Part shown: in pieces, positions 17,267 through 28,468 of the stretch | Layout: the number at the start of each line of letters is the position of its first letter | Position numbering within the stretch: the first letter of the stretch is position 1 | DNA from: an uncultured Lachnospiraceae bacterium | Lineage (GTDB): Bacteria > Bacillota > Clostridia > Lachnospirales > Lachnospiraceae | Assembly: GCA_948470755.1 (NCBI GenBank) | Contig: CAOKPU010000006.1 | Coordinates: 7,723 to 71,722 of the forward strand | DNA length: 64,000 bases | Direction of reading: 5' to 3' | Translations under genes and position numbers: made by a program | The notes under the pieces: model-generated | What the model saw: the letters and a program-made list of their open reading frames with translations, nothing else | What the model was told of the DNA's origin: nothing | Databases searched by the model: none

Positions 17267-17335
17267 AAGAAAGGGCCTTTTTATCAATGCTGGTTTTAGG
17301 CTTTCTATGATACGGTGTTTTTCATCTGGATTTGC

Positions 17336-17526
17336 GCCGCTGCGAAGCAGCGGCATGGGGGTTAGCGTGAGAAGTGCTTCTAATCACTCGCAGCAGAGGC
17401 TGCTTCGCGAAGAAGTTCTACGACTTGCTTTGCAAGTCTTTCTCACACGGGAGAATGCCTAAAATACGGCATTCTCCCAGACAAGCTTGCTTGTCTGGGG
17501 ATTTTGAGATTCCGCGAAGCGGGATC
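17336..17526. repeat. Array of at least six distinct consecutive hairpins in a convergent intergenic region
   Basis: The stems are at 17336-17354, 17391-17404, 17422-17438, 17449-17478, 17476-17499 and 17508-17526. Two of them contain GCGAAGC. Confidence 0.7.
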
Positions 17527-17549
17527 ATGGGGGTAATAGGATTTGGGCA

Positions 17550-19496
17550 TTACAAGGCCTGCTTTTTATCTGTAATAGGGATGTTGATTTTTACCTGCGC
17601 TACATATTCCTGCAGGCTTTCCGCCTGGGATAAGGATTGCGCTGCCATACCGTCGTTTTTGCTGGCAATATCCAAAAGAGAGATAAGGTTTTCATTGGCA
17701 TGGGAAACGGCGCCTGTCTGTTCTTTTACCGTATCGGAAAGCTGACCGGAGATTTTCCGGTATTGCGTAGTCAGCGAGGCGATTTCCTGGAAAGTCTGGG
17801 CTGTCTGGTTTGCCGTTTTTAATCCGGCTTGTATCGTTTCCGAAGAACGGACGATCAGGTCTCCGGTTTGTTGGAGAGCATCGGCAGTCTGGCTGGAAAG
17901 ATGATTGATCTCACCGGCAACAACAGCGAATCCCCGGCCTGCTTCGCCTGCTCTCGCCGCTTCAACGGAGGCGTTTAGGGACAGGAGGTTGGTCTGCCGG
18001 GAAATATTTTCAATTAGCATGCTGACTTTAGATATTTCCTCTACCGACGCATGAATCTGTGACATGGAGTCTAACATATTCTGCATATAACTATCTCCCA
18101 GGGCTGTTTTTTGACCTGCCAATTCGGCGCATTGTTCAATCTGGAGGACGTTTTCTTTATTTTTTTCAATGGAAGCAGTAATGGCAGCCATGTTTTCTTC
18201 CATATCGTGTAGGAGGGAGGTCTGCTCTCTGGATCCGTCCATAAGCTGTCTCGCATAACCGGACATGTCGGTAGAAGAGCGGTTCATCCGCATCATCGTC
18301 TTATTCAAGGCATCCGTAATATTGCTGAGGGAATGCTGTATGGAAATAAAATCCCCCCGGAAATCATCAGGAATATGAATGGTATAATCGCCAAGAGAGA
18401 GGGAACTTAGGCATAATTCGATATCCTGTATGTACTTTTTAAGGCTTGCGACCGTTTTGGAAAGAGCGTCCGTCAATATGCCCGTTTCATCATTGCTATG
18501 TGACAAGACGACTTCATCGTGTAAATTGCCGCCGGCCAGAGCCTGCAGCCGTTTGGTGGCATCAGCCAGAGGGCTGGCGATTTTCTGGGATACAGGAATA
18601 ATATAGGCGGCTGCAATCAGTAAAAACAGGACGGACAGCAAAATGGACAGGAAAGTGGAGATTACTGTCGTACCCATAAATTCGTATTTTGGTGCATAGA
18701 CGAACAGCGACCAGTTGGTTCCGGAGATTGGCGCGTAACCTGTGTAATAGTGTTTGGAACCAAGTTCCATCTTTGCGGAGCCGATTTGGAAAGAGGTTAT
18801 TTTATCGAAGTATTCCTGGTTTTTGGAAGAGCCATACAAATCATAAATATTTTTCTTGTCAATGATATTCTCAAGATTCCTGTCTCCGATGATGTCCCCG
18901 TTTTCGTTTACGATGCAGGCGGTCCCTGTATTGCCGATAACAAGCTGGCTGATGACATCGTTAAGAAGATCATATTTGTAGCTTCCCACCAGATACCCGG
19001 CAATGCTGCCTTCATCGTCCTTTAATGGGATCCCTACGCAAAGCTGGAGTATGTTGTCATCGTAAAAGGGTTCCCCAATTACTATATTCCCGGTCTGGGA
19101 TAGTAGGGCGTAATATTTTGTATCGGAAATAGTGGCGGGCGAAATATCGTCGCCATAAAGTTTTGAACCGGAAGCGTCATAGGCGGAAATCCAGACAAAT
19201 TCAATCTGGCTTTTAATCTCCTGAAAACGCGCCTGCCTATCTTGCGCAGATACGGCATCGTCAAGAAAAAAGGATTCTTTTGATAAGTGAAACATCCGCT
19301 CGGTGAGCAGATGGAGGTTGGAGCTGATATTTTGTGCAGCGATCCTTGCAGTCATCTGCATATTGTCCAGCAGGACGGTATTGGTAGAACGGGCGCTTCC
19401 GATAGACATAATTGTAGTTATGAGTACCGTTACCAGAATGGAAACGGACATCACATAGAAAATAATTTTGTGTTTTAAATCCCGGTATTTTTTCAT
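17550..19496 (-). CDS. Methyl-accepting chemotaxis protein (Cache-type sensor, HAMP domain, MA signalling domain)
   Basis: The C-terminal signalling domain has the conserved ..[31 protein letters not shown].. segment. There are two TM helices flanking a periplasmic domain. The ATG at 19496 follows AAAGGAGA. Confidence 0.85.
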   Translation of the reverse strand: MKKYRDLKHKIIFYVMSVSILVTVLITTIMSIGSARSTNTVLLDNMQMTARIAAQNISSNLHLLTERMFHLSKESFFLDDAVSAQDRQARFQEIKSQIEFVWISAYDASGSKLYGDDISPATISDTKYYALLSQTGNIVIGEPFYDDNILQLCVGIPLKDDEGSIAGYLVGSYKYDLLNDVISQLVIGNTGTACIVNENGDIIGDRNLENIIDKKNIYDLYGSSKNQEYFDKITSFQIGSAKMELGSKHYYTGYAPISGTNWSLFVYAPKYEFMGTTVISTFLSILLSVLFLLIAAAYIIPVSQKIASPLADATKRLQALAGGNLHDEVVLSHSNDETGILTDALSKTVASLKKYIQDIELCLSSLSLGDYTIHIPDDFRGDFISIQHSLSNITDALNKTMMRMNRSSTDMSGYARQLMDGSREQTSLLHDMEENMAAITASIEKNKENVLQIEQCAELAGQKTALGDSYMQNMLDSMSQIHASVEEISKVSMLIENISRQTNLLSLNASVEAARAGEAGRGFAVVAGEINHLSSQTADALQQTGDLIVRSSETIQAGLKTANQTAQTFQEIASLTTQYRKISGQLSDTVKEQTGAVSHANENLISLLDIASKNDGMAAQSLSQAESLQEYVAQVKINIPITDKKQAL

Positions 19497-19656
19497 GATG
19501 AATCTCCTTTGTTCCATTTCTTAAAACTCTATTTTATCATAGCATATTTTAAGAGAGAATCAAGTGATAACCGGCAATACTTGATTTGTGTTTGACAACG
19601 GAATGAAGTTATAATAGTATGGAAAAGGACCGGATGCTCCATGACGTCTATACGGC

Positions 19657-20952
19657 ATGGAGGGCGCCGGAAGTCTTGGGTTTGTGGAAAGGAAGGCCGG
19701 AGTGGGGAAAATTGCAGTAATTGGAGCAGGGGCGTCGGGGATGATGGCTGCGATTACAGCGGCCAGAAGCGGCGGGGATGTAACGGTATTTGAAAAGAAT
19801 GAAAGAGTAGGAAAGAAAATCTTAGCTACCGGCAATGGAAAATGTAATTTTTCCAATAAGGATTTAAGTATAAACCATTATTATGGAAATAGGGATAAGC
19901 TCAAAGCCTGTTTTGACACATTTTCGGGAGAGGATACTTTGCATTTCTTTCAACAGGCAGGGATGCTTGTAAAAGAAAAAAGAGGCTGCCTATATCCATG
20001 GTCGGAGCAGGCTTCTACGGTGCTGGATATATTAAGGAAGGAAATGAAGGACGTAAAGACGGAACTTTCCGCAGAGGTTAAGGGTATTTCCCGGGATAAA
20101 AAAACGGGGAGATTTATAATTTCGACATTATCAGGAAAGGAAAAGGAAGGGTATGACGCCGTGATCCTTGCCTGTGGGGGATGCGCTGCTCCTAAGACAG
20201 GGTCGGACGGCGGCGGATTTGTCCTGGCAAAGAGGATGGGGCATCATATCGTTCCGACAGTTCCGGCTTTGGTCCAGTTAAGATGCAAGGATGGCTTTTT
20301 GAAGGCGGTGGCCGGCGTCAGGTGTGAGGCTAGGATTTCTTTATATGAAATAGGGAAAGAAGACCGGCTGGTACAGGAGGAAGAAGGGGAGCTGCAGTTT
20401 ACGGACTATGGTATATCGGGAATCCCGGTTTTTCAGCTTAGCCGTCAGGCGGCATACCTGATGTATGAAGGAAGGAATGCGGCGGCGGTTATTGATTTGC
20501 TGCCTCAGATGGACGGCTCAACCTATGACGCCATGTGCATGGATAGGTTGAGGATGGCGGAAGATAAAACTTTGGAAGGATTTTTGCTGGGGCTTGGAAA
20601 TAAAAAGATAAACCTGATGCTCATCAAAGAGGCTGGATATAAACCGGGGGACGTTGCAAAAGGGTTCGGGGAACGGCAGTTAAAGACTTTGCTTCTTTCC
20701 TATAAAAATCTGAGGGTGCATCTTTTATCGGCGAATTCCTTTGAACATGCACAGACGACAGCCGGAGGCGTAGATTTTAGCGAGGTGACGGAGGGATTGG
20801 AGTCTTTAAAGGCGCCGGGGCTGTATTTTGCAGGCGAGATACTGGATGTGGACGGCAGATGCGGCGGCTATAATCTGCAGTGGGCATGGACAAGCGGGTA
20901 TATAGCGGGAAAAAATGCGGCAAAAAGAGCCTGCATGAAACGGGAAGTATAA
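19657..20952 (+). CDS. BaiN/HI0933-like NAD(P)/FAD-dependent oxidoreductase
   Basis: It has IAVIGAGASGMMAA and KILATGNGKCN motifs. The true start may be the GTG at 19702. Confidence 0.8.
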   Translation: MEGAGSLGFVERKAGVGKIAVIGAGASGMMAAITAARSGGDVTVFEKNERVGKKILATGNGKCNFSNKDLSINHYYGNRDKLKACFDTFSGEDTLHFFQQAGMLVKEKRGCLYPWSEQASTVLDILRKEMKDVKTELSAEVKGISRDKKTGRFIISTLSGKEKEGYDAVILACGGCAAPKTGSDGGGFVLAKRMGHHIVPTVPALVQLRCKDGFLKAVAGVRCEARISLYEIGKEDRLVQEEEGELQFTDYGISGIPVFQLSRQAAYLMYEGRNAAAVIDLLPQMDGSTYDAMCMDRLRMAEDKTLEGFLLGLGNKKINLMLIKEAGYKPGDVAKGFGERQLKTLLLSYKNLRVHLLSANSFEHAQTTAGGVDFSEVTEGLESLKAPGLYFAGEILDVDGRCGGYNLQWAWTSGYIAGKNAAKRACMKREV

Positions 20953-20965
20953 TAAGGAGTAAAAT

Positions 20966-22645
20966 ATGATTCGGATCAATCAGATCAGGCTTAGGCCAGG
21001 ACGGGAAACGGATGAGGAAAAAGAAAAAATCCTGGAAGGAAAAATAAGAAAGCTTTTAAAAATAAAAGATAACCCTCCTTTTACCTTTGAAATCGTGAAA
21101 TGTTCCATTGATGCAAGGAAAAAACCGGATATTTTTTATTCGTATACGGTGGATGTAAACGGTTTAAGGGAAGAGGAAACCATAAAAAGAATAAAGGGGA
21201 ACCAGGTCAGCTTGGTATACCCGGTAAAATATCATTTTCCGGTTTCAGGGGAAAAATGCATGGAACATAGGCCGGTGATTGTGGGGGCGGGGCCTGCAGG
21301 ACTGTTTTGCGGGTATATGCTTGCAAAGCATGGCTACCGTCCTATTATATTAGAACGGGGAATGGATGTGGATCGCAGGCGCAGGAAGACGGAGGGATTC
21401 TGGCAGACCGGGCGGCTGGATGAGGAATGCAATGTACAGTTTGGAGAAGGCGGGGCAGGCGCTTTTTCCGATGGGAAATTAAATACATTAGTAAAGGATA
21501 AAGAGGGAAGAAGCAGGGAAGTGTTGTCTGTTTTTGTGGAGGCCGGAGCCCCGGAGAATATCCTATATGAAGGGAAGCCTCATATAGGTACGGATATCCT
21601 GGCGGATGTAGTGAAAAATATGCGTAAAAAGATAACCGCATACGGGGGCGAGATTTATTTTTGTACGAAAATGGTGGATTTGTGTATAGAAAGCGGCCGC
21701 GTTAAGGCAGTGGCTATAGAAAGGCGGGGGCAGGAAGAAGCTTCTTCGGCTGCGGCCAGGGAAGAAATAGAAACCGATACGGTGGTACTGGCAATCGGCC
21801 ATAGTGCAAGGGATACCTTTGAAATGCTGTACCAAAAAGAGATACCTATGGAGGCCAAGGCTTTTGCCGTAGGGTTCCGGGTGGAGCATCCTCAGGGATT
21901 GGTGAACCGTTCCCAGTATGGGGTGGAAGAACCGGAATCCCTTCCGCCTGCTTCCTACAAATTGGCGGCGCAGACGAAGGAAGGGAGAGGGGTATATTCC
22001 TTTTGTATGTGTCCGGGAGGATATGTGGTAAATGCTTCTTCGGAAGAAGGGCATCTGGCGGTGAACGGGATGAGCTACAGCAAACGGGACGGGCGGAATG
22101 CGAATAGTGCGGTGATCGTTTCCGTCTCGCCAAAAGACTATGGCAGCAGCCATCCCCTTGGAGGGATCGCGTTCCAGAGGAAATTGGAAAAACGTGCCTA
22201 TGCAGCCGGACATGGAAAGGTGCCGGTAGAGTATTACGGAGATTTTAAGAAGGCGGTATGGGAAAAAGAGGATATGGGAAGAGAAGGAGAGAAGATTACC
22301 GGACAGTACGGCCCTCAGATCAAAGGAGAATGGCAGTTTGGCAATGTGCATGATATTCTGCCGGAAGCTTTAAACCGCGCTTTTGTAGAGGGCATGGAAG
22401 CTTTTAACCGGAAGATCCCGGGCTTTGGGGCAGAAAATGTGATTCTGTCGGGAGTGGAGAGCCGAACATCGTCCCCGGTCCGCATTTGCAGGGATGAAAG
22501 AGGGCAATCGGGGATTACCGGTTTGTATCCTTGCGGGGAGGGGGCCGGCTATGCCGGAGGCATTATGTCGGCAGCGATGGACGGCATCCGTATGGCGGAA
22601 CAGATTGCCCGGATATACCGGCCCTTTACTGCAAAAGATAAATAG
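20966..22645 (+). CDS. FAD-dependent protein (COG2509-like)
   Basis: It has a VIVGAGPAGLF dinucleotide-binding motif and a family-typical N-terminal domain (..CSIDARKK..). Confidence 0.75.
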   Translation: MIRINQIRLRPGRETDEEKEKILEGKIRKLLKIKDNPPFTFEIVKCSIDARKKPDIFYSYTVDVNGLREEETIKRIKGNQVSLVYPVKYHFPVSGEKCMEHRPVIVGAGPAGLFCGYMLAKHGYRPIILERGMDVDRRRRKTEGFWQTGRLDEECNVQFGEGGAGAFSDGKLNTLVKDKEGRSREVLSVFVEAGAPENILYEGKPHIGTDILADVVKNMRKKITAYGGEIYFCTKMVDLCIESGRVKAVAIERRGQEEASSAAAREEIETDTVVLAIGHSARDTFEMLYQKEIPMEAKAFAVGFRVEHPQGLVNRSQYGVEEPESLPPASYKLAAQTKEGRGVYSFCMCPGGYVVNASSEEGHLAVNGMSYSKRDGRNANSAVIVSVSPKDYGSSHPLGGIAFQRKLEKRAYAAGHGKVPVEYYGDFKKAVWEKEDMGREGEKITGQYGPQIKGEWQFGNVHDILPEALNRAFVEGMEAFNRKIPGFGAENVILSGVESRTSSPVRICRDERGQSGITGLYPCGEGAGYAGGIMSAAMDGIRMAEQIARIYRPFTAKDK

Positions 22646-22659
22646 AAGAAAGGGGCGGG

Positions 22660-23550
22660 ATGGCATTGATGAAGGAAAACGCTGATTGGATTGCTTTTCG
22701 GCAGAAGCTGAAAGATAAAAAAAGGATTGTTGTAAAAATAGGCTCATCTTCCCTGCAGCATCCGGAAACCGGGGATTTGGATTATACAAAGCTGGATGTG
22801 CTAGTCAGGGAACTTTGTGATATGCGTAATAAAGGAAAAGATGTGGTCTTAGTAACTTCCGGCGCAATTGCCGTAGGGAAGAAAGCGGTATGCTTAAAAG
22901 ACCGTTGTCAACCGGGGGAGAGTACGATTGCGGAGAAGCAGGCATGCGCCGCCATAGGGCAAGCCAGGCTGATGATGATATATCAGAAAATCTTTGCGGA
23001 GTATAATCAAGTGGCGGCCCAGATTTTAATGACAAAAAATACCATTGTAGATAACTTAAATAGATACAATGCCCACAACACATTTTCCGAGCTTTTCAAA
23101 TTGGGGGCGGTCCCTATTGTAAATGAAAATGACACGGTCGCTACTTATGAGATTGAATTCGGGGATAATGACAGCCTTTCCGCCATTGTGGCCGCATTGG
23201 TGGGGGCGGATCTCTTGATCCTCCTGTCGGATATTGACGGGCTGTATACGGATGATCCAAGGAAAAACAAAGATGCGGAATTCATCCGGGTGGTAGAAGA
23301 GTTAAATCATGAGTTGATGGAAATGGGAAAGCCGTCTACCGGGAGCAGCGTGGGGACCGGAGGGATGAATACGAAGCTGGTTGCGGCAAAGATAGCGACA
23401 AGCTCCAATATTGATATGGTAATTGCCAACAGCAGGGATATTAAAGTGCTGCATCGCATCCTGGATGGGCAGGATATCGGCACTTTGTTTGTAGGCAATC
23501 AGAACACTTATTTTGATCTACCGGAATTTGTGGAGAAGATGCATTCCTGA
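22660..23550 (+). CDS. proB: Glutamate 5-kinase (short form, no evident PUA domain)
   Basis: It has the RIVVKIGSSSL amino-acid-kinase N-terminus and ..NENDTV..FGDND.. motifs, and is 296 aa long. Confidence 0.85.
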   Translation: MALMKENADWIAFRQKLKDKKRIVVKIGSSSLQHPETGDLDYTKLDVLVRELCDMRNKGKDVVLVTSGAIAVGKKAVCLKDRCQPGESTIAEKQACAAIGQARLMMIYQKIFAEYNQVAAQILMTKNTIVDNLNRYNAHNTFSELFKLGAVPIVNENDTVATYEIEFGDNDSLSAIVAALVGADLLILLSDIDGLYTDDPRKNKDAEFIRVVEELNHELMEMGKPSTGSSVGTGGMNTKLVAAKIATSSNIDMVIANSRDIKVLHRILDGQDIGTLFVGNQNTYFDLPEFVEKMHS

Positions 23551-23583
23551 CAGGCGACGGTTAATAAAAAGGAGAAAGAAAAA

Positions 23584-23811
23584 ATGGACAGCATGGAAAT
23601 GAAAATTGCGCGGATTAACGAGCTATACCGTAAATCCAAAGCGGAAGGGCTGACGGAAGAGGAAAAAAAGGAACAAGCCGCATTGCGAAGCGAATATATT
23701 GCCAGGATACGCGCCAGTCTTAGAGGGCAGCTAAATCAAATGGATATTCAGGAAAAAGACGGTTCCATTACCAATCTGGGAGAAAAATATGGAGACAAAA
23801 GCACACATTAG
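23584..23811 (+). CDS. DUF896 (UPF0291) family small protein
   Basis: It shows the pattern ..[30 protein letters not shown].. Confidence 0.7.
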   Translation: MDSMEMKIARINELYRKSKAEGLTEEEKKEQAALRSEYIARIRASLRGQLNQMDIQEKDGSITNLGEKYGDKSTH

Positions 23812-25627
23812 GAAAAAGATGTTGATGCTTCGGGACGGGATGGGCAAGGAAGAGCGGGATAAGAAAAGCGGTATGGTTATGGGATGCATAATGGGAACCC
23901 GTTGGTACCAGGATGCGGACATCCTGCTGGTTTATGCAGCATATCGGAGCGAAGCGGATACCGGAGTCCTGATAAAAAAAGCCCTGGAAGAAGGAAAGCG
24001 GGTATACTGCCCGAAAGTGAAGGGGGAGAGTATGGACTTTTACCGTATCTATTCTAAAGAAGATTTAAGGGAAGGATATTGCGGGATAAAAGAACCCCCG
24101 GGAGGATCGGAACGGTTATTTACAAAAGAAGATGCGGACAAAAACCGGTGCCTGATGCTTATGCCGGGCAGCAGTTTTGACAAGGAAGGGAACCGGATTG
24201 GTTATGGGAAGGGATATTATGACAGATATCTGGAAAAATTCCCGGATATCCCTACTGTCGGGGTATGCTTTGATTGTCAGGTGCAGGAGAGGATCCCGGC
24301 AGACGTGCATGATAAAAGGGCGGATAAAGTAGCGACGGAAAAGGGCATTTATGAAAGCGGAGGAAGAAGAAAGGATAAAGTCATGGATTTAGGGCAAATG
24401 GGAAAAAGGGCGGCAGACGCAAAGTATCTGTTGCAGAGCCTGTCGCCGGAAAAGAAAAAACAGGCTCTTTTAGCGGCGGCAGATGCATTGATTGCTGATA
24501 CAGGCTGTATTTTGCAGGAGAATGGAAAAGATATCAGACGGGGGGAGGCGAATGGTATGCATCCCGGGATGATAGACCGCCTGCGCTTAAACAGGGAAAG
24601 GATCCTTGCAATGGCGGAGGGATTAAGGCAAGTGGCAGATCTGGAAGACCCGGTAGGGGAGGTGATAGAGACTTTTACCAGGCCTAACGGATTGGTCATC
24701 CGTAAAAAAAGAGTGCCTTTTGGCGTCGTTGGCATTATTTATGAATCCCGCCCCAATGTAACGGCGGATGCTTTCGGCTTATGTTTCCGGTCTGGCAATG
24801 CCGTCATCTTAAAAGGGGGGAGCGACGCCCTGCAGTCGAATATTGCAGTGACGGCATCCATCCGGAGGGCCTTGAGGGAACAGGGGATTTGTGAGGACGC
24901 CATTCAATTGATCGAAAGCACGGATCGGGAAGTAGCTGCAAGCTTTATGAGGTTGAACCAATATGTGGATGTACTGATTCCCAGGGGAGGGGCCGGGCTG
25001 ATCCGCCGTGTGGTGGAGGACAGTACCATTCCGGTAATTGAGACAGGGACGGGGAACTGTCATATTTATGTGGATGAATATGCGGATTTGAAAAAAGCCC
25101 TGCCCATTATTATCAATGCAAAGACACAGCGCATCGGCGTCTGCAATGCCTGCGAATCACTGGTAATTCATAAAAGCATAAAGGACGGCTTTTTGCCGGA
25201 ACTGGCAAAGGCATTAAGGGAAAATCATGTGGAAATGCGCGGGGACGAAACCGTATGCGGAATCATAGAAGATGCAGTGCCTGCGGCGCAGGAAGATTAC
25301 GGCAGGGAATATCTGGATTATATTGTGTCCATAAAGACGGTGGATAGTATTGAGGAGGCCATTGGGCATATTAATCAATACAGTACGAAGCATTCCGAGG
25401 CAATCATAACGGAAAACAGGGAAAACGCCGATCGGTTTTTAAATGAAGTGGATGCGGCCTGTGTATATGTGAATGCATCCACCCGTTTTACGGATGGTTT
25501 TGAATTTGGTTTTGGAGCGGAAATAGGGATCAGCACCCAGAAAATGCATGCCAGGGGGCCGATGGGGCTTAGGGAACTGACTTCTTATAAATATACGATT
25601 GAAGGAAATGGACAGATACGTCCTTAA
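23789..25627 (+). CDS. proA: In-frame fusion of 5-formyltetrahydrofolate cyclo-ligase (aa 1 to ~188) and glutamate-5-semialdehyde dehydrogenase ProA (aa ~199 to 612)
   Basis: The N-terminal part has ..[26 protein letters not shown].. (MTHFS). The C-terminal part has ..[16 protein letters not shown].. and ..GVCNACESL.. (ProA). No stop codon lies between them, and an internal ATG is at 24383. Confidence 0.8.
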   Translation: METKAHIRKKMLMLRDGMGKEERDKKSGMVMGCIMGTRWYQDADILLVYAAYRSEADTGVLIKKALEEGKRVYCPKVKGESMDFYRIYSKEDLREGYCGIKEPPGGSERLFTKEDADKNRCLMLMPGSSFDKEGNRIGYGKGYYDRYLEKFPDIPTVGVCFDCQVQERIPADVHDKRADKVATEKGIYESGGRRKDKVMDLGQMGKRAADAKYLLQSLSPEKKKQALLAAADALIADTGCILQENGKDIRRGEANGMHPGMIDRLRLNRERILAMAEGLRQVADLEDPVGEVIETFTRPNGLVIRKKRVPFGVVGIIYESRPNVTADAFGLCFRSGNAVILKGGSDALQSNIAVTASIRRALREQGICEDAIQLIESTDREVAASFMRLNQYVDVLIPRGGAGLIRRVVEDSTIPVIETGTGNCHIYVDEYADLKKALPIIINAKTQRIGVCNACESLVIHKSIKDGFLPELAKALRENHVEMRGDETVCGIIEDAVPAAQEDYGREYLDYIVSIKTVDSIEEAIGHINQYSTKHSEAIITENRENADRFLNEVDAACVYVNASTRFTDGFEFGFGAEIGISTQKMHARGPMGLRELTSYKYTIEGNGQIRP

Positions 25628-25670
25628 GGCGTCTTTTCGGAGAACCTTCCGAGGGGATGCGGTACTGTAC

Positions 25671-25734
25671 GCAAAAGGAAATGGCTGCTGATGCAGCCAT
25701 TTCCTTTTGCGTGAGTCTGCGTTTTGACGCACGC
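25671..25734. repeat. Hairpin repeat related to the 45842/54229 family
   Basis: It has an 18-bp stem GCAAAAGGAAATGGCTGC-TGAT-GCAGCCATTTCCTTTTGC followed by a GCGT..ACGC hairpin. It shares the AAATGGCTGC..GCAGCC and GCGT..GACGCAC modules with that family. Confidence 0.6.
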
Positions 25735-25737
25735 TGT

Positions 25738-26808
25738 TTATTCTGATTTTACTTCTTTCCACAGGCTGTTATACATTTGATCCGCTTCTTCTCCCAAGTA
25801 CCGATAGGTTTCCAGATTCTGGTACTGGTTTAGATCCGGAAAAGCGATGGATGAATTGCGGATATCGTCATCTTCGATCAGCTCCCTGGCCGCATCGTTG
25901 GGAGTAGAGTAGGTAATATATTCAAAGTTCATCAGGGCGATATCCGGACGGCACATGAAATCAATAAATTTTTCGCCGTTTTCTTTATTGGGCGCGTTTT
26001 TTGCGATGACCCAGGAATCAATCCATACATTGGTGCCTTCTTTCGGGATGACATATTCCAAATCGGGGTTTTCGCGCTGGGTATAAATGGCCTCTCCGGA
26101 ATAAATAACTCCGATGGCGGCTTCATTGCCGATCATTTTATCCCTTACCTGATCCACTACATAAGCCTGGACTAAGGGTTTTTGTAAAATAAGGGAATTT
26201 TTTGCCTTTTCCAGTTCCCCGGCATCGGTAGAGTTCATGGAATAGCCGTTTAGTTTTAAGCCAACCATAAAAGCATCCCGGACGGAGTCCTGCATTAGAA
26301 TATTGTCCTGATACTGTTCATCCCAAAGGACGCTCCAACTGTCAATCGGCTCGCTGACCATGGTTTTGTTGTAGAGGATGCCTACCGTACCCCAGCAGTA
26401 CGGGACGGAATATTTGTTTTCCGGGTCGAATTCTTTGGATCTGTCCCAGTATTGTGCGCCGATATTGGCTTTGGCATTTGGTATATTGTCAAAATTAAGT
26501 TCTGCCAGCAGACCATGTTCCATCATTTTCTGGATCATATAATCGGAGGGGCAGATGACATCATACTGTGTAGCTCCGGCTTCTACCTTTGGGAACATGA
26601 TTTCATTGGTTTCAAATTCGTCATAGATAACCTGTATCCCTGTCTCTGCTTCAAAAAGGCTGATAACTTCCGGATCCAGGTATTCTCCCCAGTTATAGAC
26701 GATAACCTCCCCGTTTTTGCCTTCTGCACTGTTTCCGCACCCTGCAGAAAATAGAAATAATACCATGCATATAGATAAAAAGAATATTTTGTTCATTCTG
26801 GATTTCAT
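25738..26808 (-). CDS. potD: Spermidine/putrescine ABC transporter substrate-binding lipoprotein
   Basis: It has a lipobox (LFSAGCG), PotD-like sequence, and lies in an operon with potABC. Confidence 0.85.
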   Translation of the reverse strand: MKSRMNKIFFLSICMVLFLFSAGCGNSAEGKNGEVIVYNWGEYLDPEVISLFEAETGIQVIYDEFETNEIMFPKVEAGATQYDVICPSDYMIQKMMEHGLLAELNFDNIPNAKANIGAQYWDRSKEFDPENKYSVPYCWGTVGILYNKTMVSEPIDSWSVLWDEQYQDNILMQDSVRDAFMVGLKLNGYSMNSTDAGELEKAKNSLILQKPLVQAYVVDQVRDKMIGNEAAIGVIYSGEAIYTQRENPDLEYVIPKEGTNVWIDSWVIAKNAPNKENGEKFIDFMCRPDIALMNFEYITYSTPNDAARELIEDDDIRNSSIAFPDLNQYQNLETYRYLGEEADQMYNSLWKEVKSE

Positions 26809-26831
26809 GTTGATTCCTCCCTGTGTTCCGT

Positions 26832-27644
26832 TTATTTTTCTTTCGGCGCTTTATTGATAAGGAATAAAAGAAAAAGCACCGTGATGAAAATGATGGTCGA
26901 TAAGGCATACATTTCCGGTTTGATCCCTTTTTTGACTTCGGTATAGATTTTGGTGGAAAGGGTATCCACGCCGGCTCCTTTGGTAAAGTGTGTAATGATA
27001 AAGTCATCCAGGGACATGGTAAAAGCCATAAGGAAGCCGGAAAGCACGCCGGGAAAAATATCAGGGAAAACCACTTTAAAAAAAGCATGGACAGGGGATG
27101 CCCCAAGATCCAGGGCGGCTTCGTAAGTGCTTGGGTTCAATTGTTTCATCCGTGGCATAATACATAAAATCACGTAAGGGATATTAAAAGTAATATGGGC
27201 TAAGAGAATGGTACCCATGCCGAATTTTATCCCGAAACTAATGAAAAGGAGCATGAGCGAGATTCCCGTGACAATATCCGCATTCAACATCGGGATATTG
27301 GTGATGCCTATTATGACGGCGCGTTTGCGCTTCCCCATTTTGTTTATGGCGATACACGCCACTGTGCCGATGACGACGGCCGTCATGGACGATACAAGGG
27401 CGATAAAAAGCGTGTTCCATAATGCCTGCATAATTTCCCGGTTATCGAAAAGCGAAGTATACCATTTCAAAGTAAGCCCGCCCCATTTCGACCGGGTGCG
27501 GCTGGCGTTGAAGGAAAGAGCCATCAGCGTACCGATGGGCGCATACAGGAAAACAAATATGAGGAAAATATAAATCCTTTTAAGCGTTACTTTTATCATA
27601 AAATCCTCCATTCTTGCGTAGCCTGTGAAAAATCTGTTTTTCAC
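26832..27644 (-). CDS. potC: Spermidine/putrescine ABC transporter permease
   Basis: It is a BPD-type permease, and its start overlaps the potB stop by 4 nt. Confidence 0.85.
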   Translation of the reverse strand: MKNRFFTGYARMEDFMIKVTLKRIYIFLIFVFLYAPIGTLMALSFNASRTRSKWGGLTLKWYTSLFDNREIMQALWNTLFIALVSSMTAVVIGTVACIAINKMGKRKRAVIIGITNIPMLNADIVTGISLMLLFISFGIKFGMGTILLAHITFNIPYVILCIMPRMKQLNPSTYEAALDLGASPVHAFFKVVFPDIFPGVLSGFLMAFTMSLDDFIITHFTKGAGVDTLSTKIYTEVKKGIKPEMYALSTIIFITVLFLLFLINKAPKEK

Positions 27645-28468
27645 AGTAAGCTGCCCTCCCCATCCTTATCGAAGATAGCGGAAGCCGCCATATTTACGAT
27701 GATAAAAATCATCAGCACGATGGACAGGCCGCTCCCCAAATGCCAGTTGCCTGCCTGTGTGAATTCTTCCTCAATGACATTTCCGATCAGTAGTATTTTG
27801 CTTCCGCCTAAGAGCTTGCTGATAACGAAAGTAGTAAGGGCGGGGATAAAAACCATCGTAATCCCGCTGATGATGCCAGGGATGGACAGCGGAAGGGTGA
27901 TCTTAAAAAAAGTCTGTATACGATTGGCTCCCAGATCTTTTGCTGCATTTACTACATTGGGATCGATTTTTACCAGGGAATTGTAAATGGGCAGCACCAT
28001 AAAAGGGAGGAAATTGTATACCATGCCTAGGATGATGGCATAAGGGGTATTAATGATATTCAATGCCGGCAGATGGAAGAAAGCGAGAATATTGTTGATG
28101 ACGCCCGTCTTTTCCAGCAAGGCCTGCCATGCCAAAGTGCGCAGCAGGAAATTCATCCACATAGGGAGGATAAAGATCAATACGATGAAGCTGTGCTGGC
28201 TCACATTCATATTAGCCAGTATCGCTGCTAAAGGATATGCCAGAAAAAAGCAGATCATCGTGCTGATCAATGATAAGCCGAGGGATATCCACAAAGCTTT
28301 GGCATGTTCCGCGCTCATAATTGCCGTTACATTATCGATTGTGAAAGCCCCTGTTTTGTCTGTCAGGCCATAATAGAATACCATTCCAAGAGGAACGATG
28401 ATAAAAATGACAGCCCAGACGATGTATGGTGAGGAAAGGAGTTTCCCCGTGAGTCCGTTATTCTTCAA
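27641..28468 (-). CDS. potB: Spermidine/putrescine ABC transporter permease
   Basis: It is a BPD-type permease and overlaps the end of potA. Confidence 0.85.
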   Translation of the reverse strand: MKNNGLTGKLLSSPYIVWAVIFIIVPLGMVFYYGLTDKTGAFTIDNVTAIMSAEHAKALWISLGLSLISTMICFFLAYPLAAILANMNVSQHSFIVLIFILPMWMNFLLRTLAWQALLEKTGVINNILAFFHLPALNIINTPYAIILGMVYNFLPFMVLPIYNSLVKIDPNVVNAAKDLGANRIQTFFKITLPLSIPGIISGITMVFIPALTTFVISKLLGGSKILLIGNVIEEEFTQAGNWHLGSGLSIVLMIFIIVNMAASAIFDKDGEGSLL

